Positions 63,183-64,000 of a stretch of DNA of 64,000 nt are shown piece after piece; position 1 is the stretch's first letter; each line of letters opens with the position of its first letter. The notes under the pieces are model-generated. The model searched no databases. It was not told where the DNA came from and saw only the letters and a list, made by a program, of their open reading frames with translations. The position numbers were made by a program, and so were the translations under genes. This stretch comes from Torpedo marmorata (lineage: Eukaryota), in contig OZ360220.1 of assembly GCA_977017645.1 (NCBI GenBank), positions 153,822,001 to 153,886,000 on the forward strand, written 5' to 3'.

Positions 63183-64000
63183 AATTAGGAGCAGGAGTCA
63201 GCCATCTGGCCCATCGAGCCTGCTCCACCATTTAATGAGTTCGTGACTGATCTGACCATGGACTCAGCTCCATTTACCTGCCTTTTCCCAGGGCCCTTAA
63301 TTCCTCTATTCTTCAAAAATCTATCTGTCTTAAATATATTTAATGAGGCAGCCTCTTCTATATTCTTGCGCAGAGAATACCACAGATTTCAAGATTCAAT
63401 TTATTGTCATAGTAATAAGACAGTGTCATATTACGTGAAATTTCTTTTTGCCTGCTGCAAGGCAGACGGATTCGCCACCGACATAAATTACCTAAGCGCC
63501 TCTAACATTCCTTACAGTCAGAGAAAGAGAAGCAAAAGAGAGTCCCCCCAGAGTCACCGAGTGTCCGTAGATTCGCTTCCGCAGCCTCCGCAGACACACA
63601 GAGTCCAGTCCAAACTATCGGCAACCCGAGCTCCCAAACCTCTGACACGGTCAGGAACCCTTCGGCGCCCCCTCGCATCCCGGTTCCAATACCTGGTACC
63701 CCTTCAGCCAGTTGGAGCCAGTCTCCAGCAGTCCGCAGCCCAGCGCGAGTCTCCCGACAGTAGTCTCCAGCAGCCCACAGCCTCCGCGGGTTCCTCGCCT
63801 CGAGTCGCCAGCAGCCCGCCGCATGCACTGGTCCTTCAGCCTCCTGGGAAAAGCAGTTCTTCCTCATCTCTGTCCTAAATCTGCTTCCCCTCGATCTTGA
63901 GGCTACGTCCCCTCGCTCTGGTCTCACCTGCCAGTGAAAACAGTTTCCTGTCTCAATCTTGTCTTCCTTTAATAATTTTATGTTTCTATATGATCCCCTC
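63183..64000 (-). mobile_element. CR1 3' fragment interrupted by a GC-rich non-autonomous element (63388-63844, minus strand)
   Basis: CR1 sequence ...ccacagatt | ctgggaaaagcagttc... is split by an insert nearly identical to the reverse complement of 7420-7880. Confidence 0.85.

Overview
This is AT-rich, repeat-laden vertebrate DNA, most likely from a cartilaginous fish (ray or shark), judging by its V-SINE, CR1, Rex1 and Penelope repeats. The only host gene is the 3' end of MAPKAP1 (SIN1, an mTORC2 subunit) on the + strand. Four coding exons (10042-10182, 26637-26774, 41190-41287, 56300-56422) are joined by phase-compatible GT-AG introns of about 14-16 kb. They encode the PH domain and C-terminus, followed by a 3' UTR. 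Most ORFs in the track are transposon remnants or noise: Rex1/Babar-like and CR1 LINEs, Penelope-like elements, tRNA- and 5S-derived SINEs, a near-intact DD35D pogo transposon, Harbinger, Tc1 and hAT MITEs, and a 50-bp minisatellite. I found no novel protein-coding system. The most interesting signals are non-coding. (1) Non-autonomous retroelements with different heads (a 5S pol III head versus a GC-rich YY1-motif head) share a 3' hairpin and tail. (2) Minimal hammerhead-ribozyme motifs sit in the Penelope termini. (3) The pogo transposase is three edits from intact. (4) An 81-bp perfect palindrome lies inside a hAT MITE. (5) There are candidate conserved enhancers in repeat-poor intron blocks. 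All family assignments are by eye and from recall, not database searches. Repeat boundaries are approximate.
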